A stretch of 20,952 nt of DNA from an uncultured Acidobacteriota bacterium (GCA_963813155.1 CAWEYG010000017.1:1-20952), one strand, 5' to 3'. Positions 1 through 9,055 are shown, counted from the stretch's first letter. Program-made: numbers and translations. The notes: a model not told the origin generated them from the sequence alone.

Positions 1-1025
1 AAGAAGGCTCCTGCAGGAGACGTCGCTCCCCGTTTCCCACATCGCGTTCACGGCCGGATTTGGAAGCATCCGGCGATTCAACGAAGTGATGCGCGAGACG
101 TTCGGAGCTTCTCCGCTCGAGCTCCGATCCGGAACCGGCGCTCCCGCGGCCGGCCGCGCCGACGGCCTGCTGTCGCTCGAGATCCCGTTTCGGCCCCCGT
201 CTCCCTGGCGTTCGATCGCGGGCTTTCTCGGCCGTCGCGCGATTCCGGGCGTCGAGCAGGCCGGGCCGCGCTTCTACCGGCGGACGTTTCTCGTCGGAAA
301 GAGCTCCGGCGTCGCGGAGATCCGGCCGATTTCCGGGAAAAACGCGCTCGAGCTTCTCGTACCCGATGTCGCGGCGCAGGACCTCCTGGCACTCGCGGAG
401 CGGGTGCGGCGCTTGTTCGACACCGATGCCGATCCGGCCGTCATCGCGGGCCACCTCCGGCGCGATCCCGGTCTCGCGAGCCGGGCGAAGCTCGCCGGCA
501 TCCGGCTCCCGGGCTGCTGGGACCCGTTCGAAATGGGCGCGCGGGCGATTCTTGGCCAGCAGATCACGGTCGCCGCCGCGAGAACGCTCGCGGGCCGTCT
601 CGCGGAGCTCGCGGGGCCGCTGCTTCCCGGGCAAAACGAAGCGCTGCAAAGGATTTTCCGACGCCGCGTCCGTCGCGGGCGCCGACCTCGGGAAACTCGG
701 CGTGCCCCAATTGCGCGCCCGAACCCTTCGCGCGTTCGCGTCGGCCTGCGCGGACGGCCGGTTCGATCGCGCCTCGTCCGCCGGCCTGATGCCGCTGCTC
801 GGGGAACTGACGGCGATCCCCGGGATCGGCGATTGGACGGCACACTACATCGCGATGCGCGCGTTCGGCGAGCCGGACGCGTTTCCGGCGGGAGATCTCT
901 GGCTGCGAAGAGCATTCGCCTCCGGCGGGCGGGCTCCGTCGGCCCGGGAACTCGACCGGATTTCTCAACCGTGGCGGCCCTGGAGAGCCTATGCCGCCGT
1001 TTCTTTGTGGGAGGGAATGTCATGA
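1..1025 (+). CDS. alkA: AraC/Ada-AlkA fusion DNA-3-methyladenine glycosylase II (5'-truncated by window; frameshift near 651-660)
   Basis: Frame +2 from base 2 reads [31 protein letters not shown] (AraC HTH), then the AlkA N-terminal domain ([42 protein letters not shown]). After ~656 the helix-hairpin-helix ([30 protein letters not shown]...WRPWRAYAA) continues in the frame of ORF 366..1025. Confidence 0.9.
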
Positions 1026-1543
1026 TGAGGGAAACGGATTTCGAGCGCGCCGAGGCGATGGATCGATTCTCGTCGCCGCTCGGAACGCTCTGGCTCGCCG
1101 CGACCCGCAAGGGAATCTGCGCGATTTCCTTCCGGGCCCCGAAGCGAAAATCGGCTGACAGCGACGGCCATCCCGAGGCCCGGAAGAACCTGAAAAACGC
1201 CGCAAAGATCCTCACCCGCTATTTCAAGGACGGGACCGAGGCGTTCGACGAAATTCCGGTCGATTCCGAAGGAACCGAGTTCCAGCTCAGCGTCTGGAAA
1301 GCGCTTCGGAAGATTCCCCGAGGCCAGACGCGCTCCTACGGCGACATCGCGCGCGCAATCGGCCGGCCGAAAGCCGTCCGCGCCGTCGGCGCCGCGAACG
1401 GGTCGAATCCCATCGCGATCGTCGTTCCGTGCCACCGCGTCATCGGGTCGAACGGAACCATGACCGGCTACGGCGGAGGGCTCGAGAAGAAAGAATGGCT
1501 GCTCAAGCACGAGGGCGCCGGAGGCGCGACGCTGCCGTTCTGA
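1022..1543 (+). CDS. ogt: Methylated-DNA--protein-cysteine methyltransferase
   Basis: SPLG N-terminus, [30 protein letters not shown] and active-site PCHRV. ATG at 1022 overlaps the alkA TGA (ATGA), with GGAGGG upstream. Confidence 0.95.
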   Translation: MMRETDFERAEAMDRFSSPLGTLWLAATRKGICAISFRAPKRKSADSDGHPEARKNLKNAAKILTRYFKDGTEAFDEIPVDSEGTEFQLSVWKALRKIPRGQTRSYGDIARAIGRPKAVRAVGAANGSNPIAIVVPCHRVIGSNGTMTGYGGGLEKKEWLLKHEGAGGATLPF

Positions 1544-2452
1544 GCCGTCCGCGCCGGTATTCAGCACCCTCCTCGGGAAAGCGGCAGGGGGGCCGCGATA
1601 GGCGGCCGCTGATCGGCCTTCTTGGTAGAGACAAATGATCGAGATCAAGAATGTCGCTGTCGACGTATTCCTGAGCTGTCATGTCTTCCAGGTGCGCCAC
1701 TTGACCAATCACTTCGTTATAACGAACGCCTCGGTCAAAGAGATTGGTCCAGTTTTCGACGAACGTCGACCAATCCTTGATCTCGGGGGTGTCGTCGATC
1801 AGTACAAACCAAAAAAACAGCGATATCTTTTCGGCTGACCAGTCGGGCGAAGCTTGAACGCGAACCTCCCTCAGCCCCCTCATCGCTTGGCCTTCAACCG
1901 AATTTTTGCCGTGTTTCCTGCAAAACTTAGCTCTGATGGGCTCTGCCCGTTCACTGAAATCATCGGGAAATGCGAACCGAGCACGTTTTCGAGCGAGGGC
2001 TTGAGAGAATCGCCGGATCTCCTCATCATTTCGACAAACCTGTTTCCCTGAGCCAGGTAGCAGCGATGCTTTTCTCGACCGTCATCACGGTATCGAGATC
2101 GACCACAGCACCCAAGGCCTCGGCCCCAGGCAAGAATGCAAAGCGAGGAATTCCCGCTCGCCGAACATTCTCATACTGCTCCTCAGCTACCTTTACCAGG
2201 GGAGCGACTTCGACGAACGGGCGATCCTGACATGAACGAACGATGTCGCAGGACTGGGTAAGAATTACCAGCCCTTCGCAGGTGTCGGTTGTTAGGGCTC
2301 GAATTTGCCGAGTCCTCCGATTCCTGAGCTTCAGGTGTGAGCGGCCGTTCAATATCAGCTACGTGAACAAACCATTTTTCGCCCGGCGCGAAGTCCCCCT
2401 GACGACAGTCGCCGAGGAGGCTGTCGATGTTGGAAAGTTCGTTTGGATCCAA
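1503..2452 (-). pseudogene. Single hypothetical gene split by two frameshifts; putative toxin with PemK/MazF-like N-terminal pattern
   Basis: ORFs 2183..2452, 2026..2352 and the open frame running into 1503..1883 join into one protein: MDPNEL..RQGD..EAQESEDSA / IRALTTDTCEGLVILTQSCDIV..PFVEVAPLV..VVDLDTVMTVEKS..WLRETG / CRNDEEIRRFSQALARKRARFAFPDDF..REVRVQASPDW..YVDSDILDLDHLS. The shifts at ~2303-2306 and ~2036-2038 each need removal of one base from a short homopolymer. The frame runs on to 1503 and overlaps the ogt end. Confidence 0.7.
1591..1623 (+). terminator. Possible weak intrinsic terminator / alternative hairpins downstream of ogt
   Basis: GGCCGC-gatag-GCGGCC (1591-1607) overlaps GGCCG-ctgat-CGGCC (1604-1618), which is followed by TTCTT. 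Confidence 0.3.
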
Positions 2453-2461
2453 GGCTGATGC

Positions 2462-3118
2462 TCACCCTTCTTTCGGCGCTCGCTTGACTCTGACCGAAGC
2501 CAAGAGGCGGCCGCGCCGAATTCACACGTTGTCCTCACTTGCCCCGAGCAATTCCTGCGGTGACATCGGAGCCTTCGAAGCTCGCGCTGCGGCGGAAGCC
2601 GGCACAGGATGTCTCCGCCCGAGGGGCCCAGGGAGGACGCGGGAAGCAGACCGAAAATAGTCATAGGCGCCGCGAGCTAACAGGTCGAATGGGAGTTCAC
2701 CATCATCGAGTGGCTCAAAAAGCGCCGTGCGGTTGGCCTGCGCAGACCCACGGTCGGTTTCGCGGAGAATCGCAAGTACACGCAACGCATGTTCTTCATG
2801 TGCGAGAGACATCGGCTTTCCGCTCGCCCAGAAGTGAAGCGTCCGCTGGCTCACTCCCAGAAGGCGTGAGAGTTGCTCCCACGTTGTTCCAGCCAACTTA
2901 CGGATATTCCCGATCGTCGTCCCTGAACTGCGATGCTGCCCCAAGAACGAACCGGCGGAGGTCTGCCCTGCCGCAGCTTTCGGCTTTAGGTTTTGAACGA
3001 CGTTCGGGGTAGTGCTTAACCCCCAAAGCAATAAGCCGACAATCATCACCTTTCCGGAACCGGGACCCAACCTCATCGAGCCGGAAGCTGAAGTCGAGGA
3101 TGCCGCAAATGGCTTCAA
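2462..3118 (-). CDS. XRE-type HTH protein with Xre/MbcA/ParS-like C-terminal region (putative antitoxin); stops at 2522 but the frame continues to 2462
   Basis: HTH TTWEQLSRLLGVSQRTLHFWASG, then RTALFEPLDDGELPFDLLARG. Likely TTG start at 3118 overlaps the upstream stop (TTGA). After TGA 2522-2524 the frame reads IRRGRLLASVRVKRAPKEG* and ends just upstream of the next start at 2452. Confidence 0.7.
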
Positions 3119-3912
3119 ACGCGTCCTCCAAAGGTTCTCAAGAATTCGTCTGTTACTGCCCACCTGAAAACCGAATAAATTCTTTCGGCAAATTTCTTCG
3201 CCTCACGAATAATTTCAGTCACGTCGAAAGCTTTCGAGGTCGTTCTGAACATGTCAAGGTCGAGGATCCAACTTGGTTCGTCAATCGCTTCTAGCGCTAG
3301 CGGGTCGGCCGCGAACCCGGCAGGCAGTAACCCCCACCTCGCCAACACCTGATCTCCTTCATCAAGGGTGAAAAGGGATTCGGTCAAGGAATGCTGAGAG
3401 TTCCGAGCGAAGATGGTCCCCGAAATGCCCCCCACCTCGGGTCGAACGAGCGAGGAAATGTTGCTGACCGCATCACCCACAAGGCGGTCGATATAGCGGA
3501 TCCCAACTCGGTCAACGAGCTTCGGGTCAAAAACTTGCCGCACCGCGACAGCGACGTCATCTAGTCTCGAAAGAAAATCGAGCCGACTCGTGTATGAAAC
3601 CGTCTCAATCGCAAAGAAATCAGGGCTAAGAGAAACGCGCCACTGAGATGCGACGTCTGAGAAACGCCAGGTTACCTGGGGTTGCGCACCAACTGGCCCA
3701 TTCGCTCCGACAGCAAAGCTTTGAACCTGCTCTTGACGGAGGACAGGGTACCTCTCCTTTATGGCCTCCTGGAACGGCGCGATGAACTCGCGTTTTTCGA
3801 TCGAGGCGATCAGTGGGAACTTGACCTGGGCAAGAACCCTGACCAACGGCGACCTCGGCAAGGGAACCTCTTCAGGGGGCGGCCCGCTAAGCGGGTTCAT
3901 TTCGTGCTCCAC
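3115..3912 (-). CDS. TIGR04255-family uncharacterized protein
   Basis: 265 aa with the recalled family pattern LPRSPLVRVLAQVKFP...WRFSD...YTSRLDFL...RVGIRYID...WILDLD...VFRWAVT. Alternative ATG start at 3900. Confidence 0.75.
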   Translation of the reverse strand: MEHEMNPLSGPPPEEVPLPRSPLVRVLAQVKFPLIASIEKREFIAPFQEAIKERYPVLRQEQVQSFAVGANGPVGAQPQVTWRFSDVASQWRVSLSPDFFAIETVSYTSRLDFLSRLDDVAVAVRQVFDPKLVDRVGIRYIDRLVGDAVSNISSLVRPEVGGISGTIFARNSQHSLTESLFTLDEGDQVLARWGLLPAGFAADPLALEAIDEPSWILDLDMFRTTSKAFDVTEIIREAKKFAERIYSVFRWAVTDEFLRTFGGRV

Positions 3913-3941
3913 AACCAGACGCTACCGCATCCCGAACTTGT

Positions 3942-4003
3942 TGTGAAGTATAATGTGAAGTATATCTATAAATGATTCATAGTAAACGATTTACACTGAA
4001 TCA
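3942..4003 (-). promoter_or_regulatory. Sigma70-like promoter with direct and inverted repeats upstream of the three-gene island
   Basis: Minus strand TTTACT (3986-3981) - 16 bp - TATACT (3964-3959). Direct repeat TGTGAAGTATA at 3942-3952 and 3954-3964. Imperfect palindrome TGATTCAtaGTAAAcgaTTTACacTGAATCA at 3973-4003. Confidence 0.6.
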
Positions 4004-4043
4004 ATTCAACGCCAGAGACGCAACGAGAGGAACGCCACGCCAG

Positions 4044-5504
4044 CTACGAGAGGTCTGTCCACACAGATTTGACTTGCGTGTACTCGTGCATCGCTTCCTC
4101 GCCGCGCTCGCGCCCGAAGCCGCTCTGCTTGTATCCGCCGAACGGAAGGCCCGGATCGTAGAAGTTGTACGTGTTGATCCAGACGGTTCCGGCCTGGATC
4201 TCCCGCGCGACGCGGAGGGCTTTTTTGATGTCGCGCGTCCACACGGCCGCGGCGAGACCGTACCGGACCCGGTTGCCAAGCGCGATCGCCTCGTCGACGG
4301 ACCCGAACTCGAGCGTCGCGAGCACCGGGCCGAAGATCTCCTCTTTCGCAATCTCCATGTCGGGCGACACGCCGTCGAAGACCGTCGCTTCGAAGAAGGC
4401 GCCCTTGCCGCCGACGTCGCGCCGGTGACCACCGGCGACGAGCCGGGCCCCTTCCGCGACGCCGCGTTCGACATACTTCGCGACCGTGTCGCGCTGCTTT
4501 TCGGAGACGAGCGAACCGAGGCGGGTCTTCGGATCGAGCGGGTCGGCCGGAACGGCCTTCTTCGCGCGTTCGACGAGCTTTTCCATCAGCGCTTCGTGGA
4601 CGGACTTCTCCACGAGGAGACGCGAGCCGGCCGCGCACACCTCGCCCTTCCCGTAAAAGATCCCGTTGAAGGCCCCGCGCGCGGCGGCCTCGAGATCCGC
4701 GTCGGCGAAAACGATGTTCGGAGACTTGCCGCCGAGCTCCATCGAGACGCGTTTGACCGTGCCGGCTGCGGCTCGGAGAATTTTCTTGCCGGTCTCCGTC
4801 TCTCCCGTGAACGTGATCTTGTCGATCCCCGGGTGCTCGGCCATCGCCTGCCCGATGACTTCGCCCGGCCCCGGCACGACGTTGAAAGCGCCGGGGGGAA
4901 GGCCGGCCTGGCTGAGCAGCTCGGCGAACAGCAACGCCGTCAACGGCGTCAGGGACGCCGGTTTCAGGATCACGGCGTTGCCGCATGCAAGCGCCGGAGC
5001 GATCTTCCACATCGCCTGCAGCAAGGGAAAGTTCCACGGCGTAATGGCGCCGACGACGCCCACCGGCTCCCTCAGCGTGAAGAGGAACGATCCGGCGCCC
5101 GAGGGCAGGGTGCGGCCATAGACCTTGTCCGCATAGCCGCCGAAGTACGCGAGCGCCTCGGCGCACGCGGGCATGTCAATCTTCGCGGATTCGAAAATCG
5201 GTTTTCCGTTGTCGCGGGTTTCGACGCGCGCGAATTCGTCGACTCGCGACATCAGGAGATCGGCCGCGCGGAAAAGCACCTTTCCCCGCTGGCGGGGCGT
5301 CATCTGCGACCACGGCCCTCCCTCGACGGACGATCGCGCCGCCTTGACGGCCGCGTCGAGATCTTCGCGGCCCGCCTCGGCGACCTCCGCGAGCAGCTCG
5401 CCGGTCGCGGGATCGCGCGTCTCGAATCGCTTTCCGGACGCCGCGGATCGATAGCTGCCGCCGATGAAAAGATCTCTCGCGACGGGTGTCTCCGCGTTGC
5501 TCAT
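4044..5504 (-). CDS. NAD(P)-dependent aldehyde dehydrogenase
   Basis: ITPWNFP, LKPAS, FTGET, catalytic ELGGKSP and GEVCAAGSR, EEIFGP, PFGGYKQSG. Confidence 0.97.
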   Translation of the reverse strand: MSNAETPVARDLFIGGSYRSAASGKRFETRDPATGELLAEVAEAGREDLDAAVKAARSSVEGGPWSQMTPRQRGKVLFRAADLLMSRVDEFARVETRDNGKPIFESAKIDMPACAEALAYFGGYADKVYGRTLPSGAGSFLFTLREPVGVVGAITPWNFPLLQAMWKIAPALACGNAVILKPASLTPLTALLFAELLSQAGLPPGAFNVVPGPGEVIGQAMAEHPGIDKITFTGETETGKKILRAAAGTVKRVSMELGGKSPNIVFADADLEAAARGAFNGIFYGKGEVCAAGSRLLVEKSVHEALMEKLVERAKKAVPADPLDPKTRLGSLVSEKQRDTVAKYVERGVAEGARLVAGGHRRDVGGKGAFFEATVFDGVSPDMEIAKEEIFGPVLATLEFGSVDEAIALGNRVRYGLAAAVWTRDIKKALRVAREIQAGTVWINTYNFYDPGLPFGGYKQSGFGRERGEEAMHEYTQVKSVWTDLS

Positions 5505-6262
5505 GCCTTCATTCTATTCCGCCGGCGAGTCTCGCGGCTCCGCGCGAATTCCTCGATGGCGCGGCCGAGATCGGCGCCCCCCGCGAGCCCACGGTAGGCG
5601 GCCTCCGCGCGCGTCCGTCCCTCCTCGAAAGCGAGGCGCCGCGGCTCGCGCAACAACCGGAAAGCGCCGTCGACGGCGCCTGGCGACCGGGACGCGAGAT
5701 TGCGAAGGAAAGCGAGCGAGACGGCGTCGAGCCGCGATTCCGGAACGGAACGGGACGCGAGACCCGCTTCCGCGGCTTCCCTTCCGGAAATCGCCTCGCC
5801 GGAGAAAATGAGCTCCGCCGCCCGAGCCGGCCCCGCGACCGCGGGGAGAAGCAGCACCGCCGCGGGAGGAAAACAGGCGAGCGTGATCTCCGGAAAGCCG
5901 ATCCGCGCGTCGTCCGCCGCGAACAGGAGATCGCAGCAGAGCGCGATCTCCGCGCCGCCGCCGAGGCAAGCCCCGCGAACGGCCGCGAGAGTCGGAAACG
6001 GGGCTTCCAGCAGAGCCGCCAGCAGACCATGGATCGCCGCAAGCATTTCGTCGACCTTTTCGGGCACGTGGTCCGCGACGTCCACTCCGGCGCTGAAGCT
6101 CGGCCGCCCCGTCACGACGAGCGCACGGGTTTCCCCGGCCCGCAGCGACGTCACGGCGACCGCGGCCGCCCGCAACGCGTCGAGGTCGAGCACGTTGGCG
6201 GGAGGCCGGTCGAAATCGAGGACCGCGACGCCTCCCGTTCGAGAGAGGCCGAGCGGCTTCAT
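5501..6262 (-). CDS. Enoyl-CoA hydratase/isomerase (crotonase) family protein
   Basis: FSAGVD, GACLGGGAEIALCCD, GFPEITLACFP (both catalytic Glu present). ATG at 6262 overlaps the upstream stop. Confidence 0.92.
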   Translation of the reverse strand: MKPLGLSRTGGVAVLDFDRPPANVLDLDALRAAAVAVTSLRAGETRALVVTGRPSFSAGVDVADHVPEKVDEMLAAIHGLLAALLEAPFPTLAAVRGACLGGGAEIALCCDLLFAADDARIGFPEITLACFPPAAVLLLPAVAGPARAAELIFSGEAISGREAAEAGLASRSVPESRLDAVSLAFLRNLASRSPGAVDGAFRLLREPRRLAFEEGRTRAEAAYRGLAGGADLGRAIEEFARSRETRRRNRMKA

Positions 6263-7167
6263 TTCTTGACGGGCGGAGCCGGGGGCGGGCCGGACAGGCT
6301 CTTCAAACGCTTGACGAGAGCCTGGACGTTCTTGAAGTGAGCCGTCTTGAGCTCCTTCGGAAGCTCCTTGAGGATGAGGTCCGGCTCCTCGATGCGCGTC
6401 GCGAGAAAATCGTCCGAAACTTTGTCCGCGACAACTCTCTTCGCGATCGCGAGGCATTTCTGCAAGTACGCGTGCGTCGACGCGAGCGGCTCGACCGGCC
6501 CGGCCGGCCCGTAACCCGGGACGAGCTTGGCCACCTTGAGACGGCCGAGTTTCTCGAGCGTCGAGATCCATCCCTCCGCGTCCAGGTCGGCGGAAAAGAG
6601 AGGGGGAAGGATCGCGGACTCGACGAGGTCGCCGGTGAACAGGATCTTCTCGTTCGGGAGATACACGACGAGATCGCCGCCGCTGTCGGCGGGACCGACG
6701 AAATCGACTTCGACGGGCCTCTTCGTGTCGCTCAACACGAGCCTCTGCGACAGGGTCAGGATCTCCGGCGCCGCGGAGCGTCTCTGCTCGCGGGTCAGGT
6801 AGGCGAGAAAGTAGGGCCCGAACTTCTCCGCCGTGACGATCCGGGCTCCGCGCTTGGCGAACGCGGGTGAGCCTCCGGCGTGGGGGCCGAAATTGTTCGT
6901 CACGACGAGAAACGTGATTTTCTTGCCTCCGGTCGTCGCGTCGATCGCCGAGAGGACGGCCTCGGAGCTCGTGTCGTTTCCGGAATCGACTGCGATGACG
7001 CCGTCCCCGAACAGAAACCAGCCCGCGTTCGCGCCTCCCTTCGTCATCAAGGACCAGACTCCGTCGGCGAGCTTCTGGGGCTCGTGCAGCTGGTCGGGTT
7101 TCGTTTGGGCGCTCAGGATTCCGGCGGCGCCGATGAGCGCAAATACCAGGGCGAAACGAGTTCTCAT
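6259..7167 (-). CDS. Secreted MBL-fold protein with degenerate metal-binding motif
   Basis: Signal-peptide-like [23 protein letters not shown] scaffold NAGW..GVIAVDSG..VVTNNFGPHAGG..DLVVYLPNEKILFTGDL..LVPGYG. Confidence 0.85.
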   Translation of the reverse strand: MRTRFALVFALIGAAGILSAQTKPDQLHEPQKLADGVWSLMTKGGANAGWFLFGDGVIAVDSGNDTSSEAVLSAIDATTGGKKITFLVVTNNFGPHAGGSPAFAKRGARIVTAEKFGPYFLAYLTREQRRSAAPEILTLSQRLVLSDTKRPVEVDFVGPADSGGDLVVYLPNEKILFTGDLVESAILPPLFSADLDAEGWISTLEKLGRLKVAKLVPGYGPAGPVEPLASTHAYLQKCLAIAKRVVADKVSDDFLATRIEEPDLILKELPKELKTAHFKNVQALVKRLKSLSGPPPAPPVKK

Positions 7168-7877
7168 ACTTCTCCTTTTCGCGGGGTCAGGGTCTCCTCC
7201 GCGGGATAACGGATCCGCGAATCGACGGATTCCCGGAATTTCTCGAACAAGAACTTCGCAACCGGGTCCTCGCACAGATTTTCAGGATGCCATTGCACCG
7301 CGAAGATCGCTCTCGGGCCGTCCTTCGACTCGACCGCCTCGACGAGCCCTTCGAACGACAGGGCGGAGGCGCGCAGGCCCGAGCCGAGACGATCGATTCC
7401 CTGATGATGCCGGGAATTGACCGGAAATTCCCGGAATGCTTCGAGGAAAGAGCCCGGTTCCGCCCGCACGTCGTGGGCCCGGACGTCGCGGGGAGTCTTG
7501 ACGGCATGGTTCACCGGGGACGGCCTCTCGGAGGGAATGTCCTGGACGAGGCTGCCTCCGAACGCGACATTGAGGACCTGAAGCCCGCGGCAGATCCCGA
7601 AGACCGGGATCGCGTTGCGGCGGGCGCGGGCGACGAGCGCGAGCTCCTGCTCGTCGCGCCGGCGGTTCACGCGTCCCAGGCGGTCGTGGCGAACGGCGCC
7701 GTAGAGCTCCGGATCGACGTCCTCTCCCCCGCACAGAAGGAGGCCGTCGAACGAAAACGGCGATGCGTCCCCCGAGTGAACGACCGCGATTTCCTCGGGC
7801 GCGAAACCGGCCCGCTCGAGAGAGGCGAGGTAGTCCGCACCGACGGTATCGTCTTCGATCGTGGCGACGATTTTCAT
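7164..7877 (-). CDS. Peptidase C26 / gamma-glutamyl-gamma-aminobutyrate hydrolase family (class I glutamine amidotransferase fold)
   Basis: [42 protein letters not shown] (Cys-His-Glu triad). ATG at 7877 overlaps the thiolase TGA. Confidence 0.93.
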   Translation of the reverse strand: MKIVATIEDDTVGADYLASLERAGFAPEEIAVVHSGDASPFSFDGLLLCGGEDVDPELYGAVRHDRLGRVNRRRDEQELALVARARRNAIPVFGICRGLQVLNVAFGGSLVQDIPSERPSPVNHAVKTPRDVRAHDVRAEPGSFLEAFREFPVNSRHHQGIDRLGSGLRASALSFEGLVEAVESKDGPRAIFAVQWHPENLCEDPVAKFLFEKFRESVDSRIRYPAEETLTPRKGEV

Positions 7878-9055
7878 CTCGCGGTCTCGAAAAGAACGGC
7901 CATCCCCATGCCCCCCGACACGCACAGGGTCGCGAGGCCGAGCCGCGAGCCGCGGCGCCCCATTTCGTGGAGCAAAGTCGTCGAAATCCGGGCTCCGGTC
8001 GCTCCGATCGGGTGGCCCAGCGCGATCGCGCCGCCGTTGACGTTCAATTTCGCGCGATCGAGCCCGAGGTCCCGCTCGCACGCGACGACCTGGGCGGCAA
8101 ACGCCTCGTTCAACTCGACGAGATCGACGTCGGCCAGTTTCGTCGCCGTCTTCTCCAGGACTTTCCGGACCGCCGGCACGGGCCCGATTCCCATCCGCTC
8201 GGGAGCGACTCCCGAGGACGCCCATCCGGCGATTCGCGCAGCTGGCTTCAGGGATCGCCGCGAAACGAAGTCGCCCGAGGCCAGCACGAGGGCCGCCGCC
8301 CCGTCCGTGATTCCGGAAGAGTTTCCGGCGTGGACCGTGCCGTTCCGGTCGAACACCGGCGGGAGCTTTGAGAGCGAGGCGAGATCCGAATCCGGCCGCG
8401 GGTGCTCGTCTGCCGAAACGACGATCTTCCCTTTTCGGGTCTCGACCTCCACCGGCACGATCTCGCCCTCGAACAGCCCCGCGGCCGCCGCCTTCGCGGC
8501 GCGGCGCTGCGACTCCAGCGCGAACGCGTCCTGTTCTTCGCGGGAGATCGAATATTCCCGCGCGAGCCGCTCGGCCGTTTCGCCCATCAGCTCGCCGCAC
8601 AACGGACAGAGAAACCCGTCGCGATACATTCCGTCGACGAGCTCGGCGTTTCCCATTCGGTAGCCGAAACGGGCGCGCGGGAGGAGATAGGGGGTCGCGG
8701 ACATGCACTCGTGTCCGCCGGCCAGAATCACGTCCGCTTCCCCCGCCGCGATCGAGAGCGAAGCCAGGGTGATCGCCTTCAGCGACGAGGCGCAGGCCTT
8801 GTTGACGGTGAACGCCGGGCTCGAATCGGGAACGCCCGCGCGGTGCGCGACCTGCCGGGCGGAGTTCGGCCCCCCTCCAGCCTGGCGCGCGTGGCCGAAG
8901 ATCGTCTCGTCGACCTCGCCCGGCTCGATTCCCGCGCGCGCGAGCGCGCCGGCTGCCGCGGCGGTCCCCAGATCCGCCGCGGACATCCCGGAAAACGCGC
9001 CCCCGAATTTCCCGATCGGGGTCCGGGCCGACGAAAGAACGAACACGTCGCGCAT
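7874..9055 (-). CDS. Thiolase (acetyl-CoA C-acyltransferase)
   Basis: [17 protein letters not shown] (Cys), [21 protein letters not shown] (His), LCVSGGMG (Cys). The start is probably ATG 9055 (9067 possible). Confidence 0.97.
   Translation of the reverse strand: MRDVFVLSSARTPIGKFGGAFSGMSAADLGTAAAAGALARAGIEPGEVDETIFGHARQAGGGPNSARQVAHRAGVPDSSPAFTVNKACASSLKAITLASLSIAAGEADVILAGGHECMSATPYLLPRARFGYRMGNAELVDGMYRDGFLCPLCGELMGETAERLAREYSISREEQDAFALESQRRAAKAAAAGLFEGEIVPVEVETRKGKIVVSADEHPRPDSDLASLSKLPPVFDRNGTVHAGNSSGITDGAAALVLASGDFVSRRSLKPAARIAGWASSGVAPERMGIGPVPAVRKVLEKTATKLADVDLVELNEAFAAQVVACERDLGLDRAKLNVNGGAIALGHPIGATGARISTTLLHEMGRRGSRLGLATLCVSGGMGMAVLFETAR

Larger units (their letters stand above)
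1620..4010. mobile_element. Small lower-GC accessory island (no mobility gene seen)
   Basis: Codon usage and AT content are visibly different from the flanks (not computed). It lies between the convergent 3' ends of ogt and the aldehyde dehydrogenase gene. No flanking direct repeats were found. Confidence 0.5.

Noticed and set aside
86-1543. 485-aa AlkA-Ogt fusion ORF
   Set aside because: The middle part is Arg-rich off-frame sequence. The AlkA catalytic domain is in another frame and ogt has its own start and RBS.
2522-2524. Selenocysteine recoding of the in-frame TGA
   Set aside because: No redox-motif context and no convincing bacterial SECIS was identified. A nonsense mutation or a true stop is simpler.
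3943-3973. dif/Xer-like site (..ATAA-TGTGAA-GTATATCTATA)
   Set aside because: The XerD-side arm matches the E. coli consensus at only 5 of 11 positions. The direct repeat and promoter explain the sequence better.
3972-5597. 541-aa plus-strand ORF, and similar long antisense or alternate-frame ORFs (7287..8663, 9076..10944, 11513..13243, 14649..16667, 16782..18410, 19153..20889)
   Set aside because: Shadow ORFs of well-supported genes in high-GC DNA, with no recognisable motifs.
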